20,000 bases of DNA from an uncultured virus (IMG/VR IMGVR_UViG_3300032117_000007) (taxonomy: Duplodnaviria; Heunggongvirae; Uroviricota; Caudoviricetes): the IMG/VR virus record IMGVR_UViG_3300032117_000007; one strand, written 5' to 3'. Below are positions 1 through 8,340 of this stretch, one piece after another. The notes under the pieces were generated by a model. The model did not search any database, was not told where the DNA came from, and worked only from the letters and a program-made list of their open reading frames with translations. How positions within the stretch are numbered: position 1 is the stretch's first letter; every line of letters starts with the position of its first letter. Both the position numbers and the translations under genes were made by a program.

Positions 1-2375
1 CTCAAACGGAATTCCATACACTCGATGGGAAACCGGTTGAAAAACTTTTGTTCGATTCTATCTCTGATGCCCGTGACTTTGTAAAGCGCTATGATGATGT
101 AGCCAACTTTGAAGTCTATGGCCTGAATGACTTTAAATATCTTTTTATCTATGATGAATATCATGGAGATATTCAGTACGATCCTAGTAAGATCAATATT
201 ATTTCATTAGATATTGAGACCGATTCTAGCGGTGGATTTCCAGATATTCTTAAGGCCGATAAAGAGGTAACTGCTATCACCATTTCTCGACGTGGTGAAA
301 AGGTTGTATTTGGTTTGAAGCCATACAAACCTAAGTCTGATAAAATCACTTATATTCATTGCAAAGATGAATATGAATTGCTATCGAAATTTCTACATGT
401 TTGGCAGTCTGGTCGGTTTTCCCCTGATATTGTTACTGGCTGGAATATTGAATTCTTTGATATTCCATATCTAGTAAATCGTATCACAAATGTTCTTGGT
501 GTTAAAGATGCTGAAAAGTTATCACCTTGGGGAATTCTCATCGAAAATTCGGTGGAAATTCGTGGTAAAACAAACCAGACATTTACACCTGCTGGCATCA
601 ATGTTCTAGATTACTATCATCTGTATCGTAAGTTTTCATTCTCAAACCATGAAAATTACAAGTTGGATACTATTGCAGAAGAGGAACTTGGTGTCAAGAA
701 ACTTGATTATTCACAATATGGATCACTGAATGATTTATATGTGAAAAATTTTGAACTGTTTATCGACTACAACATTCGAGATGTTGAATTGATTGACATG
801 TTCGAGGAAAAATTAAAATTCATTGAACTTGTTGTGGCTCTGGCATATCGAGCAAAAGTCAATTATAATGATATGTTTACAACAGTAAGACCTTGGGATG
901 TTATTATTCACAACTATCTGCTTGATCGAGCAATAGTCATTCATCAATTCAAGAAAGGTAAGTCACTCCAATCATTGATGGGTGGTCACGTAAAAGATGT
1001 AAAGACTGGAATGAATCGTTGGGTAGTTTCATTCGATCTTGACAGTCTTTATCCTCATTTGATTATGGGCTATAATATCTCCCCTGATACGTATGTGATG
1101 CGCAAGGAATCATCTCCTTCCATAGATGCTATTCTCAATGGCAAGTTATCTTTTACGGATGACTATACATATGCTGCTAATGGTACTCGGTATCGACGTG
1201 ATAAACAAGGATTCCTTGCTGCTCTCATGGAATCCATTTATAACGAACGTGTAGAATTTAAACAGAAAATGCTTGATGCCAAGAAACAACTTGAGACTAT
1301 TCCAGAAACTGAAAATGAAAAACGGAGACTAGTTTCAAACGAAATTTCACGGTATCACAATCGACAACTTGCCATGAAAATTCTTCTAAACTCTGCTTAT
1401 GGTGCTCTGGCAAATGAATATTTCCGTTGGTTTGATTTCAATCTTGCCGAGGCAATTACATCATCTGGCCAGCTAACCATTCGTTGGATCGAGATGAAGA
1501 TCAATGGCTATTTGAATAAAGTTCTAAACACATCAAATGTAGACTATGTAATTGCTTCTGATACTGATTCGGCCTATATTGAAATGAATAATCTTGTGCA
1601 AACTCTTGATGAAACGGATCCTGTCAGGATCACTAAAATTCTTGATGCATTCTGTGAAAGGAAAATCAAACCTTTTATGGATAAAGCATATCAGGAATTG
1701 GCAGACTATGTAAATGCATATCAACAAAAAATGAGGATGAAACGAGAGACCATTGCTGATAAAGGAATATGGAAAGCCAAAAAAATGTATATTCTCAATG
1801 CATGGAACATTGAGGGTGTGCAATACTCTGAACCCAAGTTAAAAATTCAAGGTATTGAGGCAGTTCGGTCATCAACACCAAAGGTATGTCGGAAGAATAT
1901 TAAAACTGTTCTTGAAATGATTATGAATAAGGATGAAGAATCCGTGCAGCAATATATTTCAGATTTCAAGAAATATTTTATTACTCTTCCTTTCGAGGAG
2001 GTTGCATTTCCTCGGGGTATGAATAATATTGATAAGTATACCGATAAAAATAGTATCTATGCTTCTGGGACACCCATTCAAGTTCGTGGTGCTCTTCTTT
2101 TCAATAATCTCCTCAAGGAAAAAAATCTGCTTGATAAGTATATGACTATTGGTGATGGTGATAAGATCAAGTTTGCTTATCTAAAAGTGCCAAATCCAAT
2201 TCGTGAAAATGTCATAGCAGTACTTGATGATTTGCCCAAGGAGTTTGGTCTTGAAAAATACATCGACTATGACACACAGTTTGAAAAGACCTTTGTGGAA
2301 CCAATCAAAGGTATTCTCGACGTAATTGGATGGTCAGTTGAAAAACGAAACACATTGATGAATTTCTTTGGTTGA
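1..2375 (+). CDS. 43: Family B DNA polymerase, T4 gp43-like (5'-truncated; frame is open from position 3)
   Basis: ExoI DIET, ExoII GWNIEFFDIPY, ExoIII YNIRD; polymerase motifs DLDSLYP, KILLNSAYG, SDTDS; KKMYIL, GIEAVRSSTP. Frame reads QTEFHTLDGKPVEKLL upstream of the TTG at 48, so the true start lies outside the window. Confidence 0.98.
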   Translation, partial: QTEFHTLDGKPVEKLLFDSISDARDFVKRYDDVANFEVYGLNDFKYLFIYDEYHGDIQYDPSKINIISLDIETDSSGGFPDILKADKEVTAITISRRGEKVVFGLKPYKPKSDKITYIHCKDEYELLSKFLHVWQSGRFSPDIVTGWNIEFFDIPYLVNRITNVLGVKDAEKLSPWGILIENSVEIRGKTNQTFTPAGINVLDYYHLYRKFSFSNHENYKLDTIAEEELGVKKLDYSQYGSLNDLYVKNFELFIDYNIRDVELIDMFEEKLKFIELVVALAYRAKVNYNDMFTTVRPWDVIIHNYLLDRAIVIHQFKKGKSLQSLMGGHVKDVKTGMNRWVVSFDLDSLYPHLIMGYNISPDTYVMRKESSPSIDAILNGKLSFTDDYTYAANGTRYRRDKQGFLAALMESIYNERVEFKQKMLDAKKQLETIPETENEKRRLVSNEISRYHNRQLAMKILLNSAYGALANEYFRWFDFNLAEAITSSGQLTIRWIEMKINGYLNKVLNTSNVDYVIASDTDSAYIEMNNLVQTLDETDPVRITKILDAFCERKIKPFMDKAYQELADYVNAYQQKMRMKRETIADKGIWKAKKMYILNAWNIEGVQYSEPKLKIQGIEAVRSSTPKVCRKNIKTVLEMIMNKDEESVQQYISDFKKYFITLPFEEVAFPRGMNNIDKYTDKNSIYASGTPIQVRGALLFNNLLKEKNLLDKYMTIGDGDKIKFAYLKVPNPIRENVIAVLDDLPKEFGLEKYIDYDTQFEKTFVEPIKGILDVIGWSVEKRNTLMNFFG

Positions 2376-2399
2376 TAATCCAAACTAAAGTGATATAGT
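2372..2399 (+). promoter_or_regulatory. sigma70-like promoter upstream of uvsX
   Basis: TTGATA (2372-2377), 16 nt spacer, TATAGT (2394-2399) with extended -10 TGn; SD GGAGA at 2411-2415. Confidence 0.55.
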
Positions 2400-2421
2400 A
2401 TAAAAAATCTGGAGAACAAAT

Positions 2422-3465
2422 ATGTCTGATATAAAAGCACGTCTTATTAAGAATTCAACGATTGATGCAACTGCAACTCTTACGGACAGTAAGGTATACG
2501 GCAAGAAGGATATGATTCCAACTACTGTTCCGCTGATTAATGTTGCCCTTTCCGGTTCCATTGATGGTGGTCTCATGCCAGGTCTTACTGTTCTTGCAGC
2601 ACCATCAAAGCACTTCAAGACTGCTTTTTCTCTTTTGATGGCCTCTGCTTTCCTTAAGAAATATAAGGATGGAATTATTCTATTTTATGATTCAGAATTT
2701 GGAACACCTGAATCATATTTCTCATCATTTGATATTGATATGAATTCTGTTGTTCATACTCCTATTACGGATATTGAGGAACTTAAGTTTGATATTATGA
2801 GACAACTTAAGGAAATCAAGCGTGAAGATCGTGTGATGATTGTTGTTGATTCCGTTGGCAATCTTGCATCAAAGAAGGAAGTAGATGATGCTGAGGCAGG
2901 TAAATCTGCCGCAGATATGACTCGTGCTAAGCAACTTAAGTCGCTATTCCGTATGGTGACACCACATCTTACCTTAAAAGATATTCCTATGGTTGTGGTC
3001 AATCATATCTATATGACACAAGAGATGTATTCTAAACCAATTGTGTCAGGCGGAACTGGAGTATACTACTCTGCAAATGATATTTGGATTATCGGTCGTC
3101 AACAAGATAAGGATGATAAGGATCTTTTAGGGTATCATTTTATTATCAATATTGAAAAGTCTCGGCTTGTTCGTGAAAAGTCTAAGATTCCAATTACAGT
3201 AAATTTTGATTCTGGTATCAATCGTTGGTCTGGTCTTCTTGATCTAGCGCTAGAAGGTGGATATATTGCAAAGCCCAAGAATGGTTGGTATTGCAAGGTC
3301 GATAGGACTACGGGTGAACTTGGATCAAATATGAGAGCAGGAGACTTCATTAACAATTCAGAATTCTGGAAGGATATTTTATCAACTACCGATTTTGCAA
3401 CGTGGATCAAAAATAAGTATTCTTTCTCTGATAAGAAAATTATGAATACAGAAGAAACTTTCTGA
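2422..3465 (+). CDS. uvsX: UvsX RecA-like recombinase
   Basis: INVALSG, P-loop AAPSKHFKT, FYDSEFG, Walker B VVDSVGNLASKKE, DMTRAKQLKSLFR, VSGGTG, EKSR; located between gp43 and gp41. Confidence 0.97.
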   Translation: MSDIKARLIKNSTIDATATLTDSKVYGKKDMIPTTVPLINVALSGSIDGGLMPGLTVLAAPSKHFKTAFSLLMASAFLKKYKDGIILFYDSEFGTPESYFSSFDIDMNSVVHTPITDIEELKFDIMRQLKEIKREDRVMIVVDSVGNLASKKEVDDAEAGKSAADMTRAKQLKSLFRMVTPHLTLKDIPMVVVNHIYMTQEMYSKPIVSGGTGVYYSANDIWIIGRQQDKDDKDLLGYHFIINIEKSRLVREKSKIPITVNFDSGINRWSGLLDLALEGGYIAKPKNGWYCKVDRTTGELGSNMRAGDFINNSEFWKDILSTTDFATWIKNKYSFSDKKIMNTEETF

Positions 3466-3481
3466 CACAGAAAGGTTTTAA

Positions 3482-4885
3482 ATGAATATAGAACGAGTAG
3501 TACTTAGTAATCTGGTCTTCCGAGAAGATTATGGTCGTAAAGTAATTCCTTTTCTAAAGTCTGAGTATTTTCTTGATAATTTTGAAAAGACTTGTTTTGG
3601 GCTAATTGAAGCATATGTTCAAAAGTATAATTCATTCCCAACACAAGAAGTACTTCAGATTGAACTTAGAAACAAGGATAAAATTGACGAAACAACCTAT
3701 AAAAATTGTAAGGAAATAATTGAAAAATTTGAATTTGATCCTGAAACAAATTTAGAATGGCTTACAGAATCCACCGAAAAGTGGGTTCAAGAAAAGGCCG
3801 TATATAATGCAATTATGGCTTCAATTCAAATTCTAGATAATCAAGATAAAATCAAATCAAAAGGTTCTATTCCTCAACTTCTTTCTGATGCTTTGGCAGT
3901 AAGTTTTGATTCTTCCATTGGTCATAACTGGGATGAGGATTCTGATGCTCGATATGAATTTTATCATCGTGTAGAAAATAAAATTCCATTTGATCTAGAA
4001 TATTTTAATTTAATAACAAAAGGTGGTCTATCAAATAAAACACTTAATGTTATACTTGGTGGCACTGGTGTTGGTAAGACACTAGTGATGTGTCATTTTG
4101 CTGCATCACATCTTTTGAAAGGTAAAAATGTTCTTTATATCACGATGGAAATGAGTGAAGAACGAATTGCAGAACGAATTGATGCTAATCTTCTTGATGT
4201 AACTATGGACGATCTTTCAGTTCTTACAAAAGAAGCATATGACAAAAAGATCAAAAGAATTTGTTCCAAGACCCCTGGAAAACTTATCATCAAGGAATAT
4301 CCAACTGCTTCTGCAGGTTCTGCAAATTTCAGGTATCTTTTAAATGAATTGAAAATTAAAAAGAACTTTAAACCAGACATCATCTATATTGATTATCTAA
4401 ACATCTGTGCCTCATCTCGATTGAAATATACATCAAATGTAAACACATACATGTATGTGAAAGCGATTGCAGAAGAACTTAGAGGTCTGGCCGTAGAGTT
4501 TGATGTGCCTATTGTCTCTGCTACTCAGACTACTCGTAGTGGTTACTCCAGTTCGGATGTTGATCTAGGTGACACTTCAGAATCATTTGGACTCCCTGCA
4601 ACTGCCGATCTAATGTTTGCTATTATGACAAATGAAGAATTGGCAGCATTAAATCAATATATGGTGAAACAACTTAAGAATCGTTACAATGATCTAAATT
4701 TCAACAAACGGTTTGTTATAGGTGTTGATAAACCTAAAATGAAACTGTATGATGTTGAACAATCTGCTCAAGAAGATATTATGGATGATAAGCCTATATT
4801 TGACAACTCTGGCTTTGGACACGAAGATTCAGAACGAGGGAAGAAGAAATCTAAGTTTTCACGAGATTTTAGGGATTTTAAATAA
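3482..4885 (+). CDS. 41: DnaB-like replicative helicase, T4 gp41-like
   Basis: Walker A GGTGVGKT, YITMEMSEE, IYIDYLNIC, AIAEELRGLA, SATQT, SESFGLPATAD, KQLKNRY. Confidence 0.97.
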   Translation: MNIERVVLSNLVFREDYGRKVIPFLKSEYFLDNFEKTCFGLIEAYVQKYNSFPTQEVLQIELRNKDKIDETTYKNCKEIIEKFEFDPETNLEWLTESTEKWVQEKAVYNAIMASIQILDNQDKIKSKGSIPQLLSDALAVSFDSSIGHNWDEDSDARYEFYHRVENKIPFDLEYFNLITKGGLSNKTLNVILGGTGVGKTLVMCHFAASHLLKGKNVLYITMEMSEERIAERIDANLLDVTMDDLSVLTKEAYDKKIKRICSKTPGKLIIKEYPTASAGSANFRYLLNELKIKKNFKPDIIYIDYLNICASSRLKYTSNVNTYMYVKAIAEELRGLAVEFDVPIVSATQTTRSGYSSSDVDLGDTSESFGLPATADLMFAIMTNEELAALNQYMVKQLKNRYNDLNFNKRFVIGVDKPKMKLYDVEQSAQEDIMDDKPIFDNSGFGHEDSERGKKKSKFSRDFRDFK

Positions 4886-5094
4886 TGGTAGACAGAGAAA
4901 GATTGTCAAAACTAATTTCATGTGCTATTCAAGATGAAATTGAAGATTTTGAAGGAGTACTTATTAGGCAAGTAACATGTGATAGAGCAGCATATCGTGT
5001 TCTTGAAGTCATCAGAAAGGAAAATTTGAATATTGTAAGATTAAATCCTGGTAACCGTGATGACCGATATAAAGATTACAAAGCTATTGAATAA
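4885..5094 (+). CDS. Hypothetical protein (69 aa)
   Basis: Start overlaps the gp41 stop (TAATG). Confidence 0.7.
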   Translation: MVDRERLSKLISCAIQDEIEDFEGVLIRQVTCDRAAYRVLEVIRKENLNIVRLNPGNRDDRYKDYKAIE

Positions 5095-5130
5095 AAAAAA
5101 TATTATTTTAAAATAATAACAATTTTATTG

Positions 5131-5138
5131 TATAAATA
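5131..5138 (+). promoter_or_regulatory. T4-type late promoter (gp55-dependent)
   Basis: Exact TATAAATA in intergenic DNA, directly upstream of the structured RNA candidate. Confidence 0.8.
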
Positions 5139-5142
5139 AATT

Positions 5143-5290
5143 CACATGAGCATACATTATGCGCTTCATGAAGCGTAAGAGGCACAGAGACTATAATAGC
5201 AAAGGAACAGTCGGGGATCATAGGTGGGGTTCCTCCCGGCATTGTATGCTTTTAAAGAAGGTCGGCTCGAAAGGGTCGACCTTTCTTTTT
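5143..5290 (+). ncRNA. Candidate structured small RNA, family unknown
   Basis: GC-richer island without a credible ORF; closing stem AGCATACA (5149-5156)/TGTATGCT (5243-5250); internal hairpins 5160-5177 and 5210-5240; own late promoter and terminator. Confidence 0.65.
5256..5290 (+). terminator. Rho-independent terminator
   Basis: GGTCGGCTC-GAAA-GGGTCGACC stem (with G-U pairs) and GNRA loop, followed by TTTCTTTTT. Confidence 0.85.
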
Positions 5291-5297
5291 ATAAATA
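5290..5297 (+). promoter_or_regulatory. T4-type late promoter overlapping the terminator U-tract
   Basis: Exact TATAAATA, 35 nt upstream of the ATG at 5333; SD AGGA at about 5321. Confidence 0.8.
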
Positions 5298-5332
5298 GAT
5301 CAAAATTCCTTTTATTGCTTAGGATGTAATTT

Positions 5333-6100
5333 ATGCTAACATTCTCTAAATTAAAAAATATTCTTTCTGAAGAATTGACACCAGATCAAAGAGAGCATTT
5401 TAATTCAATTAAAAGAGATCCTAATGCAGTTGCAGCAACTGCTCATTTTTTTGGCAAAGGTAATGATGTTGTATCAAAAGAACTTGAAGCTTATTTTGAA
5501 GAATCAGTGCAAAAAACTGCTCATTTTTTTGATGTTGACGAGACACTATTTGCACATGATCCGAAAAAATTAAGAATCCATGTTCGTGATTCAAATGGCA
5601 ATATTGTAAAAAGTTTGTCTAATCAACAATTTAATAAAAATAAATTAAATCCGGGTGAACGATACGATTTCAAGGATTTTAAATCATCTAAGAAATTTGC
5701 AAGCACTGCTAAACCAATTCCAAAAATGATCAATTTATTAAATAGATTGAAAAATTCTGGTCATAATACTTCAATACTTACTGCTCGATCAGATCTTGAT
5801 GATAAGCAAAAATTTGCTCATACGATGAAAAAATATGGTATAGATATATCTAAAACACATGTATACAGAGCAGGGAATGTTGAAGGTACTTCTACAGGTG
5901 ATAGAAAAAGAAAAGTATTATCAGATCTTATAAAGAAACATGGTTATAATGAAATTCATCTTTATGATGATGATTTGGGGAATCATGAACATTTTGCTAA
6001 ACTCAAAGAAGATCATCCAGGTGTTAGACTATATTCACATATAGTTACACATAATGATCACACAGGCCAAACAACAATTAAAACTATCAGACATCAATAG
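5333..6100 (+). CDS. HAD-superfamily phosphatase with capsid-targeting-like leader
   Basis: Motif I FDVDETL (D67/D69), motif II ILTAR (T150), motif IV LYDDD (D212-D214); N-terminus MLTFSKLKNILSEE. Confidence 0.8.
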   Translation: MLTFSKLKNILSEELTPDQREHFNSIKRDPNAVAATAHFFGKGNDVVSKELEAYFEESVQKTAHFFDVDETLFAHDPKKLRIHVRDSNGNIVKSLSNQQFNKNKLNPGERYDFKDFKSSKKFASTAKPIPKMINLLNRLKNSGHNTSILTARSDLDDKQKFAHTMKKYGIDISKTHVYRAGNVEGTSTGDRKRKVLSDLIKKHGYNEIHLYDDDLGNHEHFAKLKEDHPGVRLYSHIVTHNDHTGQTTIKTIRHQ

Positions 6101-6113
6101 GGATTGAAAATAG

Positions 6114-7109
6114 ATGTTAAAATTTACTGAATTTCAAATCATTGCAGAATCTAAAATGACGGCTTCTGGTTTTGTAGGCAATCGTCATTTTGAAAAATAT
6201 GTAAAACCATATTTGTCCGGAGCTGCTAAGCATTCAAAGCAAGGCACACATATTATGGCCTCAAAACATGATGATTTAAATGTAGGTGAACAAGTAACAT
6301 TACATTCTCATCATATTGATGATAAAGGTGTCCATCATGTAACAGTAAGTCGACCTGGCTCAAGAAAAAAAATTACTGTGCCTATTTCAAAGTTAGATAA
6401 GCCTGGGGCCCAAACAGAAAATGAAGGCCATAAGTATGAAAAACATTTTTTTAATAGATGTAGAAATATAGGTCTTGTACCTCCCGGCCATAATCCTGCA
6501 GGTTCTACAGCTGGAACAGATGTCCCATTTTTAAATAAAAAGAAAGGAACAATTCATAAAGGCCGGGCTATATATAATGGTGAAGTAAAGCTAAACGAAA
6601 CCGCGGCACTTGGACAAGGTACAATTAAATTTGGAAAACATCCTAAAACAGGTAAGGTGGGATGGCATATTCCCGATGAATTACGAGATGCAAGACCAGA
6701 ATATGCTAAAGCAATAGAAGAAAGAGGTATTTTAGAATATATGAATAAACATCATCCGGATCCGGATGCAGTTGAAACTACTGCTTCAGGTAGAGCAAGA
6801 AGCATTACAATGCCACACCCGGATTTATCACCAGCTGAAGCGTATTTGAAAGATCATGATGCTGATGTTGTTCACATAGGTGAAGGTCATGGAACATATA
6901 GAGTAGGAAGTAAAGATAAAACTGGTTTTGGACTCCCAAGATTAAAAGGAAAAGGAAAATGGACCATTCGTCAAAAGCAAGAAGGTAATAAAAGATCCAG
7001 AACTGTTATGTTTCAAATTCATGGAAAACACGGTTTAATTAGAAGTCCTATAAATTTAGATCGTGATGACCATTTACAAGATTTTGCAAAACATTTAGGA
7101 CATTCATAA
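6114..7109 (+). CDS. His-rich protein with possible PD-(D/E)XK nuclease-like domain and capsid-targeting-like leader
   Basis: N-terminus MLKFTEFQIIAE; candidate catalytic pattern E109 (GHKYEK), D136 (AGTDV), E157-x-K159 (NGEVK). The ORF is secure, the function tentative. Confidence 0.55.
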   Translation: MLKFTEFQIIAESKMTASGFVGNRHFEKYVKPYLSGAAKHSKQGTHIMASKHDDLNVGEQVTLHSHHIDDKGVHHVTVSRPGSRKKITVPISKLDKPGAQTENEGHKYEKHFFNRCRNIGLVPPGHNPAGSTAGTDVPFLNKKKGTIHKGRAIYNGEVKLNETAALGQGTIKFGKHPKTGKVGWHIPDELRDARPEYAKAIEERGILEYMNKHHPDPDAVETTASGRARSITMPHPDLSPAEAYLKDHDADVVHIGEGHGTYRVGSKDKTGFGLPRLKGKGKWTIRQKQEGNKRSRTVMFQIHGKHGLIRSPINLDRDDHLQDFAKHLGHS

Positions 7110-7110
7110 A

Positions 7111-8340
7111 ATGTTAACATTTAGAAATTTTCTTATAGAGAATGAAGAATCTGCTACAGGTAAACCTCTCACTCATCTTCGTCATCTAGAAGATAATATT
7201 CTTTATGATGGTCATGAAGGTGTAAGAAGAGCATCAAAATTTTTAGATGATGCGCACAATCATCTTCTTGGGAAAGAAACATCAACTCATATTTCAACAA
7301 AATATGATGGTGCTCCAAGTATAGTATATGGAACACATCCAGAAACTGGAAAATTCTTTGTAGCTTCCAAATCTGCTTTTAATAAAAATCCAAAAATCAA
7401 TTATACAAATGAAGATATTGAACGAAACCATGGTCATGCCCCAGGTTTGGTGTCAAAACTCAAAGAAGCACTATATCATCTTCCAAAAATTATGCCAAAG
7501 ACTGGTGGTGTTTTTCAAGGTGATATGATGCATGGAAAGGGTGATATTAAGAAAAATGGTGGAAAGATTAGTTTTACTCCAAATACAATTACATATTCTA
7601 CTGATAAAAATTCTGCTGAAGGAAGAAAAGTAACAAATTCAAAAATCGGTGTTGTAATGCATACAGAATATAAAGGTAAAGGGCCTTTACAGAATATGTC
7701 GGCAACACCTTTGAGTGCCAAAAGAAGAGCTGAATTCATAGATCATCCGGATGTTAATAATATTGATCCTACTCAAAAGGTGAATACAAACAATTATACT
7801 CCAGAAGAACAAAAGAAATTTGCTATGCATAAAGAAGCAATTAGAAAAACATATCAGAGTATGAAGCCTGAAGCATTTGAGGCAATTCATGGTCATGAAG
7901 CGGCTTTGGAATCTCATGTAAATGATCAAGTACGAAAAGGTGGTAAACCTTCTACTGAAGGTTATATGAATTTCCTAAAAGATCGACATGAAAAGGAAAT
8001 TTCTAAACTTAAAACACAAGCAGCGATTGATAGAAAGAAACAAGATTTCTCTAAGAAATTAGATCACGTGAATGCCAACAAAGAACATTTCAAGAAAATA
8101 CTTGATCTTCATCATCATTTCCAAGAAGCCAAAAATATTCTTACTGGTGTAATGGCCAAAAATAGTAAGTTTGAGAATAGCATCAATGGAAAACCTACTT
8201 TACCTGAAGGTGCTGTTGCGGTTGATAAAGAAGGTAATATGACCAAGTTTGTAAATCGTGGTGAAGGTGGGTTTGCTCAGGCCAATTTGACTGGTTCTGG
8301 TGCATTTCAGAAGAAAGGGACTTCTGATGCTTCTAAGTAG
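7111..8340 (+). CDS. Conserved T4-like phage protein with ATP-dependent ligase/nucleotidyltransferase motifs (resembles DUF6267 from memory)
   Basis: THLRHLED, motif I TKYDG (K64), FFVASKS, QGD (136-138), FTPNTITY, motif IV EGAV (E366), motif V KFVNR (K379); N-terminus MLTFRNFLIE. Confidence 0.7.
   Translation: MLTFRNFLIENEESATGKPLTHLRHLEDNILYDGHEGVRRASKFLDDAHNHLLGKETSTHISTKYDGAPSIVYGTHPETGKFFVASKSAFNKNPKINYTNEDIERNHGHAPGLVSKLKEALYHLPKIMPKTGGVFQGDMMHGKGDIKKNGGKISFTPNTITYSTDKNSAEGRKVTNSKIGVVMHTEYKGKGPLQNMSATPLSAKRRAEFIDHPDVNNIDPTQKVNTNNYTPEEQKKFAMHKEAIRKTYQSMKPEAFEAIHGHEAALESHVNDQVRKGGKPSTEGYMNFLKDRHEKEISKLKTQAAIDRKKQDFSKKLDHVNANKEHFKKILDLHHHFQEAKNILTGVMAKNSKFENSINGKPTLPEGAVAVDKEGNMTKFVNRGEGGFAQANLTGSGAFQKKGTSDASK

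Noticed and set aside
2596..2622. UvsX P-loop AAPSKHFKT lacking canonical glycines
   Set aside because: UvsX P-loops are already atypical and the catalytic KT is retained; there is no evidence of inactivation.
1..4885. Introns, inteins or homing endonucleases in gp43, uvsX or gp41
   Set aside because: Frames are continuous, with normal motif spacing and lengths.
5101..5118. 18-bp perfect palindrome TATTATTTTAAAATAATA
   Set aside because: Pure A/T in an AT-rich spacer; may be chance, and no second copy was seen.
5179..5240. Resemblance of the RNA to a c-di-GMP-I riboswitch (GCACAG, GCAAAG, GGGGTT words) or an HDV-like ribozyme (TCCTCCCG)
   Set aside because: The required GGCAAACC/GNRA P2 stem and the nested double-pseudoknot pairings could not be built by eye.
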